Shown: positions 1-11,296, numbered from the whole stretch's first letter. The stretch: DNA of 63,991 bases, filler included, from Olpidium bornovanus S191 (GCA_017911155.1; 26 parts of 26 records of this genome joined end to end with filler, not necessarily neighbours in it); one strand, 5' to 3'. The notes: generated by a model not told the origin, from the sequence alone. Numbers and translations are program-made.

Positions 1-1154
1 CTGGTGCTCTCGTCTTTCATCTGTTCTTCCGATACCCCCGCATCGGCGAGTAGCTGCTTCCAATTCGGAGAAATGTTCTCCGCCTGGACGGACAGCAGGA
101 ACCGGCTGGTCAGGAGACATGAAAACCGCCGGACGGTTAGTCAGCAAACTCAAACTCACACTAAAACCTTGCTGGGCGTCCCAGCCGATGTGGCTCAGGT
201 GCTTGAAGTTGGCGGGGAGGCCAATCATGCTCTTGTCAACTTTCTTAGACTTGCCGTTGGACTTGACCAATAATGAACGAGACGATTTGCCCCCCCCTGC
301 CGACCTCTTGCACGCCTTGGAAACCTTGTTGTAGAACGCCGCGGCTTCCTGATCGTCTGCGAAGGAGAAGGCAGCGGGCCGGCTCTGAATGTCGGCGAAA
401 GAAAACAATTCCAGTCTATCAGAAATGAAAGAGTAAAACGTGGCGAACACGCCACTGGGGCGACGGGTACATACGTCAATCGCGAAAGTGTGGAAAGAGT
501 TCCTATCCGGGTTGTAAGCGAATCCCGCGTGAAGCTTCTGTTCCCACAGCACACCGCGGCCGGCCTGATAGAAAAAAAATAATCATAAAACACGACGGGT
601 CAGCTCGCGCTCCGGTTGGGTGTGCGCGGCACAGGCAACCCTCACAGAAGGCAGCGCGCCTCACCGCAAGGTCAACGAGCTTCAGGTAGCAGATCTTCGT
701 CGACGCGTCGGACAGCAGAACCACGGCGCCGGTGAGGTTCGCGTACACCCACCGCTTCGGGTCCTCGGGGTGGGCGAAATACAGTCGCGCGACGGCGGCG
801 GTGATGATTTTCTGAGCGAAGGTCGGCAAGCAAACAGCGACAGGGGAGGACGCCCGCGTCAGCGAGAGAGCCGCAGAACACAAGGCCGGAAAAACGTGGG
901 CACGACCGCGGTGATTTTGTGGGGGGCCGACGCCCTCTCTGACGGTGAGCAACTTTGGGCCGACGCCCAGTGACTTCGGGCCCCCGACGACAAAAGGCTC
1001 TCGCCGAGTCGGCGGCAGCGCTCCGCTCGCAAATAAAACCGCGGCGGGGCGCGAGTTAAGGGGGCAGAAAGACACGGCGCACCTTCTCGGGCCCTTGCAG
1101 CACGGCCCTCTTGATTGCGGCCTTGTCTGCGTCGGCGAAAGCCATCGACGACAT
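1..1154 (-). CDS. WASP: WASP/Las17-family actin nucleation-promoting factor, 5' part (WH1 + basic + CRIB/GBD); spliced, 3'-truncated
   Basis: Spliced reading: MSSMAFADADKAAIKRAVLQGPEK|KIITAAVARLYFAHPEDPKRWVY...LKLVDLA|AGRGVLWEQKLHAGFAY...FHTFAID|...FSFADDQEAAAFYNKV (WH1), then KSKKVDKSMIGLPANFKHLSHIGWDAQQGF (CRIB) and ELKQLLADAGVSEEQMKD (GBD helix). GT-AG introns join the exons. Confidence 0.9.
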
Positions 1155-1496
1155 TTTCTGTCGAGCGCGCCGCGCCCGCGGACAAGCAGGTGGCGCGGCG
1201 TGCTCCTCGGCCGCTGCGACGGCGGCAAGGCGGAGGAAAAGCCGGGGGGAGCACAGGCAAACGGGCGCCCGCTCCTGGTCCGGGCGCCTGCTCCTGGTCG
1301 ATCGGAGGGTGACGGCGGCGCCCCCGCGAGCTTCTCAGTCGGACGGAAGCGGGTGCGAAAGGCGGAAAGGGAGGGGGGGAGAGCACAGGCAGAAAAGGTG
1401 GAACGGCGAAACCGAGGTAAAAGAGAACGAGAGAGTGAGGCCCCCTAAACGCCCCGCGGGACACGCGCGCAGCCGGTCCGGGAGCGCGGGTTGGTC

Positions 1497-1596
1497 NNNN
1501 NNNNNNNNNNNNNNNNNNNNNNNNNNNNNNNNNNNNNNNNTTAATTAATTAANNNNNNNNNNNNNNNNNNNNNNNNNNNNNNNNNNNNNNNNNNNN
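1497..1596. other. Artificial contig-joining spacer (N44-TTAATTAATTAA-N44), first of 25
   Basis: The same ~100-bp spacer, with stops in all six frames, recurs starting at about 1497, 3802, 6746, 9302, 12309, 14517, 17091, 18426, 19765, 23991, 27460, 30313, 37352, 38780, 39942, 42753, 45266, 46548, 49935, 51200, 52312, 54098, 56005, 58507 and 59691. Confidence 0.98.
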
Positions 1597-1809
1597 AACA
1601 CGCTTGGGTTACGGCCCGGCCCGCCGGAAAAAGTGGGTCCGCCGTCATAACGGCTCCTCCTCCCGTACAATTCCTCCTCGGCCGGTTTCCGACCAATAAA
1701 TCATTTCCCCCCCCCCCTTCCTCCGCGCCCCACTTCTCCTCCCTCCCCTCGCCTCCCCTCCCCGTCGCACACTCCCCCCGTCCCCCACTTATTTTTCCCA
1801 CGCCGCCCC

Positions 1810-2268
1810 CTACCTCACCCGCCCGTCGGCGGCCGCCGCGACGCGCAGCGCCTCCACGAGGCGCGCCTTGGCGGCGAACAGCTCGCCCACGGACGCCCCG
1901 CTTTCCGCCACGAGCGCGCCGGGGTCCGCGGCGAAGGACGCCCGCGGCCTCTCGCGGACGTTCAGCAGGCCGGCGGCGAGGAGGTCGGCGCCGGCGGCGT
2001 CGACGAGATCCAGCAGAGCGGCCGCCCCGGACCGGACGTCGTCGTCGTCGCCGCCGAAGAAGCGGGCCCCCGCGCGTTCCAGGTCCGCGAGCCTGCCGTC
2101 CAGCAGCCGCGCCGCGGCCCGGGCGAGCTCCTGCTGGAGGGCCGCGGCGTCGCCGTCCCCGGCCCCGCCTCCGCCCCCGGCCGCGGCGGTCGGGACAGGG
2201 TTTTGGTGCGGCTGGAGGTCGGGGTATTGCGGCGACACCCGCCGCGACGGCGGCCCGGCCGCGTCCAT
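1810..2268 (-). CDS. Probable first exon of an uncharacterised protein
   Basis: ATG-initiated, GC3-rich, helical-looking ORF (ALQQELARAAARLLDGRLADLER...) ending at a GTAGGG donor followed by a G-rich intron. No family recognised. Confidence 0.4.
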   Translation of the reverse strand: MDAAGPPSRRVSPQYPDLQPHQNPVPTAAAGGGGGAGDGDAAALQQELARAAARLLDGRLADLERAGARFFGGDDDDVRSGAAALLDLVDAAGADLLAAGLLNVRERPRASFAADPGALVAESGASVGELFAAKARLVEALRVAAAADGRVR

Positions 2269-3769
2269 TCTATCCCCTCCCCACCCCTTCCCGCTCTAGC
2301 CCACGCCCGTCCGTCCCGTCGACCGCGCTTCCGCGAACGGGCAGGATGGTGCCCTGCTCGTTGAAGCCGAAGTGGCGGGGTTTGCTCACGAATTTGAGCT
2401 GGCCCGCCGGGCGGAGGGTGAAGGGGGGGGGGGGGGGAGGGGGGGGGGGGGAGATAGGGGGTGGTCGGTGAGGAGCAGCGCGCAAAAACATTTTGTGGCG
2501 CCAGCGTCGGTCACGTGACTACCTTACAACCCCGTGACAAACGCCTGTTTATCTGTGCTCGGCGGACGCTCCAGCGAACGCGGCAGCGAAACCGGCCTTA
2601 ACGTTCCCCCCGTCCATGTCGGGCGCGAGCGTGGGGGTCGGATTGTCGTTAAAACTCCCTTCGGCGCGTTTTGGTTTTATGGGAGACTCTCGGCCGGGGA
2701 AAATGGAGCCCGGACATCTGGATGCCACCAGGCGGGTTTCAATATGACGCTGCTGACCACGGCTTTGTGTTTGCCGCATCAGGTATACGCGGTACATACC
2801 TGCAGGGGACGCGGCATATACCCGCGGCGGAGCCCCCCGCGTAAGGTGGCGACCACAGGACTCGCATGTGTAGGCAGGATATACTTGGAGAGTTGGAAGG
2901 CTTGCCGCTTTTACTGGGGTTTCGCTGCAACGGCGGACTGCATGAGACGTATTGGTACAGTCACACATTGCTGCTATCCCTCCCATTACCGGCGTCACAG
3001 GCGCGTAGTGCCGTCGTCGACCGTAATTTCCCTGTCTTTCGCCTGCCTACCCGCCGGTAAAAACGACTCCCAAGTGCACAGTCCGCGATATTCCCGGAGA
3101 AAAGAGCAAGGGCAAATGGCGTGGAGTCCAAGGGTGGTTGGGCAAGGATCATACAATTGACGTGGTTTATGGGACTGCTGGAAGATCCAGCGTTTGCTAA
3201 TGCCCTTGGCGTCATTCCTGGGACTGCATCCCCTTCCTGTCCACCGACGGGTACCTGGCATGGCTGCGGCATCTAGTCACCGAACGCGGCCATTGATACC
3301 AATATACCCGCCATTGAATACTGTCTAACGTTTGAAAGGGGGGCAGGATCAAAACAGTCCCTGGGGCACAGAAATCAGACCCTCACATGTGGGGTCGATC
3401 CTGGCGCTAACTCTGAGGGAGCGGAGCAGCGCCACGAGGTGCAGCGAACTCCGAGCGCTAATCCGAAGGCGAGGCTTGCCACAGGGTGCTCCGCCGTGTC
3501 CCAGAAATATTTGCCCTTGGGGGCGGGTCGGCTGTGCCTCTCTTTTATTTCGTCGAGCACGCGTGCGCACCCCGTTGGGCGGAACGTGGTACGAGAATCG
3601 GCCGTGGCTTTGACCCGTCGAAACTCCACCGTTTCGGCAGGGGCGCGTCTGCAGATGGTCTTCGTGACTTTGCCCGCGACTCTCGCGGTTCGGAATAAGG
3701 TCGAAACGGAACAGGGACGGGTCCTCCCGCGGGGAAATCAGCAGCCGGGTGGAAGCCCGCTTGTTCGCA

Positions 3770-3801
<32 letters not shown>

Positions 3802-3915
3802 NNNNNNNNNNNNNNNNNNNNNNNNNNNNNNNNNNNNNNNNNNNNTTAATTAATTAANNNNNNNNNNNNNNNNNNNNNNNNNNNNNNNNNNNNNNNNNNN
3901 NATAAAGATTCTGCT

Positions 3916-4135
3916 GGTCGAACTGGAGGTGAGAGCGCTCTGCCTCAGTTTGAGAAGAAGGTGAAAGCGAAACGTTTTTTTTTTTTTTCGTGCGGCGTCT
4001 TCCAACGGAACATATCTCATGAAAATTCTGCAGGTCGAATGGGCCTTTGGAGGTGAGAGCGCTCTGCCTCAGTTTGGGAAGAGGGCGAAAGCGAATTTTT
4101 TTTTTTTTTTTACCTTCGGCGTCTTCCTACGGAAC
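3916..4135 (+). repeat. Imperfect tandem duplication, ~115-bp unit with poly-T
   Basis: GGAGGTGAGAGCGCTCTGCCTCAGTTTG...T-run...CGGCGTCTTCC.ACGGAACA occurs twice (~3916-4010 and ~4034-4135). Confidence 0.85.
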
Positions 4136-6845
4136 ACGTCTCGCCTACTCGGAAAAGGGAGGGTGAGAGGAGGAACTGGCGTCAGTGAACCTCCGTGATG
4201 GGGAGCTCTGAGCTCCGCCCACAAAACCGACGTGTTGGCTTTCCGCCAGGCGCCGGGCTCGCCCGTCACTGCCGTGGCCCAATATCTGCGCTTCCTGAAG
4301 CCCACAGCGTCAGGGGCCCCCTTGCGCGTGGAGAAGGGGTGGGGACATGATCCTGCCGCGCTCCCCGCGGCGGGTGCCGAACGTCGTCCGTCTCCTTGGT
4401 GCTATTCGTCACCTGCTTCGGGGTGGCCCGGCCAACACGGCGATCGAGCAACTCGCGCATTTCCCCCGGGGCGCCGCCTACGTTTTCCCATCTGCCTACA
4501 AACGGCCTTGTCCGTACTCGGGGCCAGCGGTGCTCTCGCGCGCTTTGGCCGCGGGCCTGTTCCGGGATCGTTGCGGCGGGCAAATTCTCTCCGCCTTTTT
4601 TTTTTTTTTTTTTTTCTCGCGTTTCCCGGTCGGCCGGCGGCTCTGGCGAACGGAGCGGGCGGAGGAGGAAGCGGGGAGGGCGCGGGGCGGGAAGGATTTT
4701 TTTTTTCCGGGGTTTTTTTTTTTTGCCGGCGGCCTTTTCGCGCGCACTTCTCCTCGCCCTCGCCCTTCCTGGGCGCAAGCGACGCGCATGGGAAATGTGG
4801 AGTCGGCGGTCGGGAACTTGCTTGCGACTGCGGACCAGCCGACGGGCACCCCGTGCGCCGCTCCCCGCATCCTTTCGCGGCGGCACTTTTAGGCAAGCGT
4901 TGCTGCCGCCGCCGCCGGGGATTTTGTGGCCGGCCGCACGGCCGGCCCGAAGGGCTGAACGCCGACGGCGCCTGAAAAGAGAGCAGAAAACACTGAAGGT
5001 CTAGTAAAATGTGACAACCGAAAATGGCCGTGGGGTCTCCTTCCGGGCCGGGTCTCCCGGGAGCGGGAGCGAAGCCGCGCACTTGTGAACGATGGCGACG
5101 TTCTGGTGGCGTCCGCGGCGAAATGTCGCGTTTCCTCCGCTTGGCGATGGCGACGACTGCACCCTCGGCTGCAGGCGATGCCCGGCCGGAGGGAGGAGAG
5201 AGGCTCCTCCTTCGCGACGGAAAGGGCGGACGACTCTCTTCAAGTGACTCTCTGCGGCGGCGGCGGTAGGAGGGGGAGGGGGTGGAGGGGCGGGGCGGGG
5301 AGGGAAAGGCGCGCGAGCGCCCGAGCGCGCCAGGAATGTACGGGCGTACGTCGGGTGCCAAGGCGATGACGACGTCCGGCGAACAATGCGCAGGAACGCC
5401 ACCCGCGCTTTCCCCTGTCGAAGAAGCCTCTCCTGCTCTCGTTATCGCCGCGCTGTCAGCGTACTACCCTCACGTAAAAATAAAAAATAAAAAAAAAAAT
5501 AAAAAAAAAATAAAAAAAAATAAAAAAAATAAAAAAAAAAAATAAAAAAAAAAGTTCGTTAAACGCGTCTGCGGCGATCTCGACTGGGGTGCAACGTTCC
5601 GAGGTTTGAGACCCGGGTCTCACCCGCCGTCTTAGCGGCACGGCGGGTGCGGCGGGCCCGCTCTCCTGTACCGAGGCAGGTACAGAAGATCCGGGTCCTC
5701 AATGGACGTTCCCAGGTACAGCCGGCGGGATTCTCCAAAGCTTGGTCGGCACTTCGAGCCGGAAAACACGGGTCGGCCGCCCGCGAAAGTGTAGGCCCGG
5801 TCCGGCGGATTCCGCGTCCGGCTCCAAATTACCCGCGGAGAATCAACAGAGGCGTCCGGAAGCTCGTTTGTTAGGCGATTGAGGTGTGTCAGTTTGAAGA
5901 CCTCGGTCTCACTTATGGACGCGGGGGGGTGAGGGTTCCGAGTTCGTTATCAAGGACTGGGGGGCCGCAAAATCCGAAAGCGGTTGGGCAGAGCGCGCGC
6001 CGGCGCTGCTTAGCGTTGAATCAGAAATCAATTGAGCGAGCAGTTTTGGAAGCGGGCAGGTAGCTCAGCAAGGCCGTGGTGGCCTGTGATTCTGGGAAAG
6101 TCGAATCTGACGTAGATCGATTTGCGTGAGGCATCTACGTGCTTTGGCACGGAGTTCTGCATGTCCCCCCTGCTGACGCAGGCACAACTGCCCCTGGACA
6201 CGGGCACAGGCGAGGTTCCGCGTCGAGAAGAGAGGAACGTGTGACGAACGCCCTGGTGCACCAACAAGAACAACGAAATATTTGAGCAGTCCAGGTGGTG
6301 GGGATATCAATCCACAGATACCGACAGCCTGGCATGCATGACCGACAGGTTCACGGCCGGTTCTATTTTGACAGGCGGGGGAGATCATCTTCCGGCTCGC
6401 GCGGGCGTCACAGCGATTTTTGCTCCGTCGACGTCGGATGATCGGAGCTGTATGCCGTCGACACAACGGAGTCTGTGTGTGGAACATGGCCGTTCCTGGG
6501 CATCCGAGACGGTCGGGCCATAAGGCAACGTCCGCGAGATGCAAGGAGGAAAGCGGCGCACAAAACCCCAATCCGCACACGGTAAAGGACATTTCCGGCG
6601 GCAAAAGCTGTCTCCACGGTTCAGTTTTGGAGGTTCGCAGCGCCTCCTGTCCTCCAACCACCTCCGTCAACTAATGTGATATCCGTTCCTCGGGATGCCC
6701 CAGACCGAGGTGAAGTTCCTCCTTTGAGCTGGCGGCGAGAACATGNNNNNNNNNNNNNNNNNNNNNNNNNNNNNNNNNNNNNNNNNNNNTTAATTAATTA
6801 ANNNNNNNNNNNNNNNNNNNNNNNNNNNNNNNNNNNNNNNNNNNN

Positions 6846-7205
6846 GGCCAAGTGGAACAATTTAACCGCACGCTCGTAAGCGCTCTTCGAACGTATGCTG
6901 ATGTGAATCCCGCACAATGGGACCGTTTCATCGAATCTGTTCTCTTCGCATACCGCACCACGCCGCACTCGGGCCTCGACGAGACGCCTTTCTTCCTCGT
7001 CTACGGCCGCGACGCTGTTTTACCGTGGAACGTCCTACTCGGTCCGATCGACGACATCGATCGTGACATTCATGTATACAAAACGCAAATTACCGCTAAT
7101 CTACGTCATGCACACGACATCGTGCGAGCGCAGTTGAAACACATCGCAGACATCCAGAAGGCGTACCACGATCGCCTTGCCACCGACGACGTCTTCGAAA
7201 AAGGA
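6846..7205 (+). mobile_element. Ty3/Gypsy LTR retrotransposon integrase fragment (end of core, start of C-terminal region)
   Basis: QVEQFNRTLVSALR...WDRFIESVLFAYRTTPHSGLDETPFFLVYGRDAVLP...QKAYHD is the typical Gypsy integrase pattern. Similarity stops abruptly after VFEKG. Confidence 0.92.
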
Positions 7206-9301
7206 TTGCCTGCGTCAATTCACTCACGCGGGAGTATCGACCTTGCCGTTTTCGTGCGTGCACAAAATACTCCGTGGTCACGTGGCTTAATATTTGTGCA
7301 ATCTGCGCATTAAGGCGGAACTCGCAAAGCATGTATCGACTGGTGCTCCGCCGCACAAGTTCACGGGGATAGATCTTCTGATATACACGTCCAACCGCGT
7401 TCTACGCGCGAACGGATCCACGAAGTGTACTTCCCCGCCCGGAGGATTCGAGCCAAGGGCGCCACCAAGAATCCTGCGGCCTTGCCTCGTGACACGCTTT
7501 TGGGAGGCCGCACCTGTCCACGCGCGAAACCTGTCGCGCGACATGCTGGAGCTGTCAATCCCTCCGTTCAAGGCGAGAAAGGCCCGGTTTCTCGCTTCAC
7601 TCCTCTGCACCGCCCGCCCGGTCGAGGCGACATTTACTGCCCCGTTGAGCGTCGTGCGCAGAAAAGCCATGGAGCTTGTCGCTGACACCCCGGCCTGGAA
7701 AGCTTTCGTGTGGAAGCCGGCATCATTATGGTGGAAGCCGAAACTGCCTCTGGAGCAACTCGGCAGTATCGAGCTGGACAGACAGCCGTCTTTCCGGCCC
7801 CAGGATGGCCGGGAACAAGCAATTAACGGATCCCTCGTTCCGTCCAGCAAACAATTCTACGTATCTTTCTCCGCAGCCGAAAATGGCTTGGTCCCGGTGA
7901 CGTACGAGCAAAGCAGTGACCAGTGGTCACGTGTGAACGTAGACGGCAGCCGGGACAGCGTCCCGGCTGATGACGCTTTGCTCTTAGCGAAGGAGCGGCA
8001 GAGCGCGATCCAGCGGGACAACACCCCTCACCTGCAGTATGCACGCGCCCTAATGTGCCTGCGATTTTATGACTTGGAGTTCCAATTACTGACGTGCGAG
8101 CCGGTGAGTGGATCGGCGCGACCCGGGCTTTTTGTGCGCGCACGAAAACTTTTTGGTCATCAGCGCGACCCGAACTTTTCGCGTGCGCACGAAAAGTCCC
8201 ACGGTCACGTGACCAGATAGTGTTTGTGCGTGCACGAAAACTATCTGGTGCTGACCCGTTGCATTTCACTTAATAGGATGCGAGGGAGGAGCTCCTTGCG
8301 GCCAAGGCGGCACAGCGCGTTGAATTGAAGCGGCTCGCGGACTCTGGCTTCCGGATCATCCAGGGTCACTCGGATGTGGCGGTCAATGCCATGTTTGACA
8401 GCTCCGGTGTCATTTAAGTTTCACCGAATTTTCCAGTCTTCGATGCAGAGGGATGCGCGTGGAAGCGCCTCAACGCTTACCACACAAAGACGATCGTCAT
8501 GTCCCCCCGCCACGAGCGCGGCGGGTACAACAGCCAGTCCGCGTTCGTGCGCGTAACCGCCGACGGCCGCCGATACATCTACTGCACCGTGTGCACGCAG
8601 ACGACGTGAGTGGTACAGGCGCGTGGGCTGTAATCGACATGATTCGGTTTCGAGGCTAATCTGGGTGGACCGTGCAGGAGACATTTACTCCGCGAAGCCG
8701 AGGCACGACACCACGGCGAAGAGGGGTTCAGGACATGGGATTAACCATCCGCAAGCTCCATAAGCAATTCCTGGAACCAGAAGACTTGCTCCCTCCGCGT
8801 GACCAGTGGGACCGTATTAGTGCGGCCATGGGGGACGGCACCCCGTTCATATCGTGCATTGCGAGCGGCATGGGCAGCGGCAAAACTAGCGCCCAGGCGG
8901 AGCTCTAGCTCTTCAACTCCAAACGATGGTTGGTGAACCTGTTCCTGGGAAAGCCAGAGACCTTTGCTAAAGTCAGCATCCTGGGTACGTGGTCGCACGG
9001 TTCGTGCGCGCACAAAAACTATCTGGTCACGTTACCGTGGGACTTTTCGTGCGCACGCGAAAACTTTCCGGTCACGTTGTTGTGCGAAACATCGGCCATT
9101 GACCAGTGCTTTCCCTGATAGCCGCTTGCGCCCGAGTGATGTTCGCGGAGAAGCTCAGCCAGGACTGGCGACTGGTCAACTACAAGAACATCGGAGCCGT
9201 CGCCCGCCGAGAACGACGTCTGTGGACTCGGCAGGACCCGGAAGAACGCACAGCGCTTTCTCCGGACGACGCTGCTGCGAGACTGGGAAGACTGAACATG
9301 A
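7206..9301 (+). pseudogene. Intron-containing AEP primase / Zn-finger / UL9(origin-binding protein)-like SF2 helicase gene; virus-like and decayed
   Basis: IDLLIYTSNRVLRANGSTK resembles AEP/PrimPol motif III (D..Y..NR..R..GS.K). SPRHE...SAFVRVTADGRRYIYCTVC looks like a Zn ribbon. IASGMGSGKT is Walker A, followed by KVSIL|AACARVMFAEKLSQDWRLVNYKNI (OBP-like motif Ia). Phase-compatible introns: 7234-7314, 8104-8276, 8985-9121. In-frame stop at 8906-8908 and a phase mismatch near 8606-8677. Confidence 0.65.
7249..9068. repeat. Three clusters of a palindromic repeat family (TTTTCGTGCG[C/T]GCACGAAAA plus GGTCACGTGACC)
   Basis: Clusters at 7249-7284, ~8116-8250 and ~9001-9068. The 9001-9068 cluster is a near-exact reverse complement of ~8172-8240. 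Confidence 0.88.
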
Positions 9302-9603
9302 NNNNNNNNNNNNNNNNNNNNNNNNNNNNNNNNNNNNNNNNNNNNTTAATTAATTAANNNNNNNNNNNNNNNNNNNNNNNNNNNNNNNNNNNNNNNNNNN
9401 NCATATTCGCTCCGGTAGATCCCGCGACTCTCTGCCGTGCAATTTTTTTTTGTTATAATGACGCCACGTCATTTATTGTCTGCCGTGCGTATTATGCGAA
9501 CGGGTTGATTGCAGAAAACATGTGAGTGAGTGTGGGGCGCGCAAGACCAGATTTCTGCTTCGTTTCTCCCGCCCGCGGACAAACGCGCGCACCCGCTCCC
9601 CAC

Positions 9604-11215
9604 ATGAAGGCGCTGCTGCTTGCTTGCGGGAGCAACCTGTTCGGGCAGCTGTCCTCCGCCTGCCCGCCCTCCCCCCCCCGCGGCTTCGTCGCCCGCCGGC
9701 CGAGCTCGCCCTCCGCCTGCGAACGGCGGGGACTCGATCCCGCGCCCGACGCCACGTGGCCGGCTCTCCGCCCGCTTCCCGGCGACCGGGACCGCGCGCT
9801 GTGCGCCAGCTGGGACTGCGCCGTCTTTTGGAGCCGGGACGGCAAAGTCGCCGTCCGCGCCGGCTACGACCGCGCCGCGGGCGCGTGCGCGTGCGCAGCG
9901 GCGGTGCCGCTGGCGGATCCCGGCACAACACCCCGGCGGGTCGCGGCGTGCGAACCGTTCGTGTGCGTCAGCGCCGCCGCCCGCGTCGTCGTCGTCGACG
10001 GCAGGCGAAAGGAGAGGGCGGTGCTGGAGTTTCCGGGCGGCGCGGCCGACGCCGCGGTGCGGAGCGGCGACGGCCGGTGCTTTGTGATCGACGGTGAGTA
10101 ACGTCTGGGTTTTGTTTCGCCACCCGCTTTACGGGGCGGGGGTGGGGCCAGCGCGCTGTGATGCCGCCTGTCGGGCCGGCCCGCCCTTGCCGTCTCACGT
10201 TTTTTCCTGTTCACAAGGGGACGGGGTCATATGGTGTTTTCCCGTGAGCAGTCCCGAAGAACAGCCTCGGCGCTTCGAAATCAGCCGCGCACAGTTTTCG
10301 CCGAAGCGTCCACTATTCACCAGTATCGACGCGGGATTGTCTCATTGTTTGGCGCTGACAAACGACGGAGAGTTATACAGTTGGGGCTCGGGCCGGTGAG
10401 CCGGAAGGCGGGACAACGGCTTTGGCGTCACTTTCGTACATCTCATGTTGTCCGTGCCTTTCCAGGTTCGGTCAGCTGGGCCACGGTTCCGTCGACGACG
10501 TCGACGAGCCGACCGTTGTTGCCGATCTGCAAGGCGTACGTATCACCCAGATCGCCTGCGGAGAGCGCCATTCTGTCGCCCTATCTGGTGCGAAGCCACC
10601 ACGCGCTTGCCGATTTGCATACAAGCAGCTTTTCCGCAGCAAAATGTTAACGCCGCTTTGGCGCCGGCGGGCTTTCAGACATAGGCGACGTCTACACCTT
10701 CGGATGCAACGCTATGGGCCAGCTCGGGCGTTCGACCGCAAGCGCCGACGCCCCGGCCGGAGGGAGTTCGCCGGGGCTTGTGGACGAAGGATTGCCTGAT
10801 GATAAGGACGCCGCGGTAGCCGCCATCGCCTGCGGCTCCCACCACACCGCCGCAGTCACCGCAGACGGGAGACTGTGGACCTGCGGCTGGGGTAAGATAC
10901 GAAAAAAAAAAATGGCTCGGCGTTGCCCACCACTCGTGTGGTTCAGCCGATACCTGTTTGCATCGCAGTTTTTATACCTGTTTGCACGGCAATGTTCTTA
11001 CCTTATTCTTCCCGGACACCCCCCCCCTCCTTCTCCGGGCGGAAGGGAAATACGGACAGCTGGGTCGCGAACTGCCTCCCGCGAAGGATTTCGACACGAT
11101 GTTCCGGCCCGCCGATATACCGGGCAACGGGGAGTACGGTGCGCGCAGTTGCCTCTGCGGGGGTTGGGTTACGTTTGTCGAGTGCGCGCCAGCACCTTCG
11201 CGCGGAGCATTCTGA
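9604..11215 (+). CDS. RCC1-repeat protein (RCCD1-like), multi-exon
   Basis: ACGSNLFGQL; SIDAGLSHCLALTNDGELYSWGSG|RFGQLGHG; QIACGERHSVALS|DIGDVYTFGCNAMGQLG; AIACGSHHTAAVTADGRLWTCGWG|KYGQLG. The terminal LCGGWVTFV recalls the end of RCCD1. Confidence 0.88.
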
Positions 11216-11296
11216 TCGACCGGCTCCGCCGAAGCCGGCATTCACCGCGACATTGGAACGAAGGCAAGGCAACTTGTCTCTCTAGGCCGTCAGCCG

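Noticed and set aside
1541-1552. Recurrent TTAATTAATTAA motif as a biological repeat, and gene clustering across it
   Set aside because: It is always centred in N-runs of fixed length and is a six-frame-stop linker, so it is an assembly artefact. Neighbouring contigs cannot be read as a cluster.
2534-3330. Fragmentary ORFs that might be a decayed TE
   Set aside because: Protein-like snippets in several frames, but no motif I can assign.
4069-5402. Several long overlapping ORFs on both strands
   Set aside because: GC-rich and low-complexity with homopolymers; no consistent spliced model or family could be built.
6028-6745. Possible non-LTR retrotransposon C-terminus
   Set aside because: Only vague Cys/Trp patterns; no RT or endonuclease motif.
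7249-9068. Palindromic repeats as a CRISPR array
   Set aside because: Eukaryotic context, irregular spacing of ~800-900 bp, mixed orientation, no 30-40-bp spacers and no cas genes.
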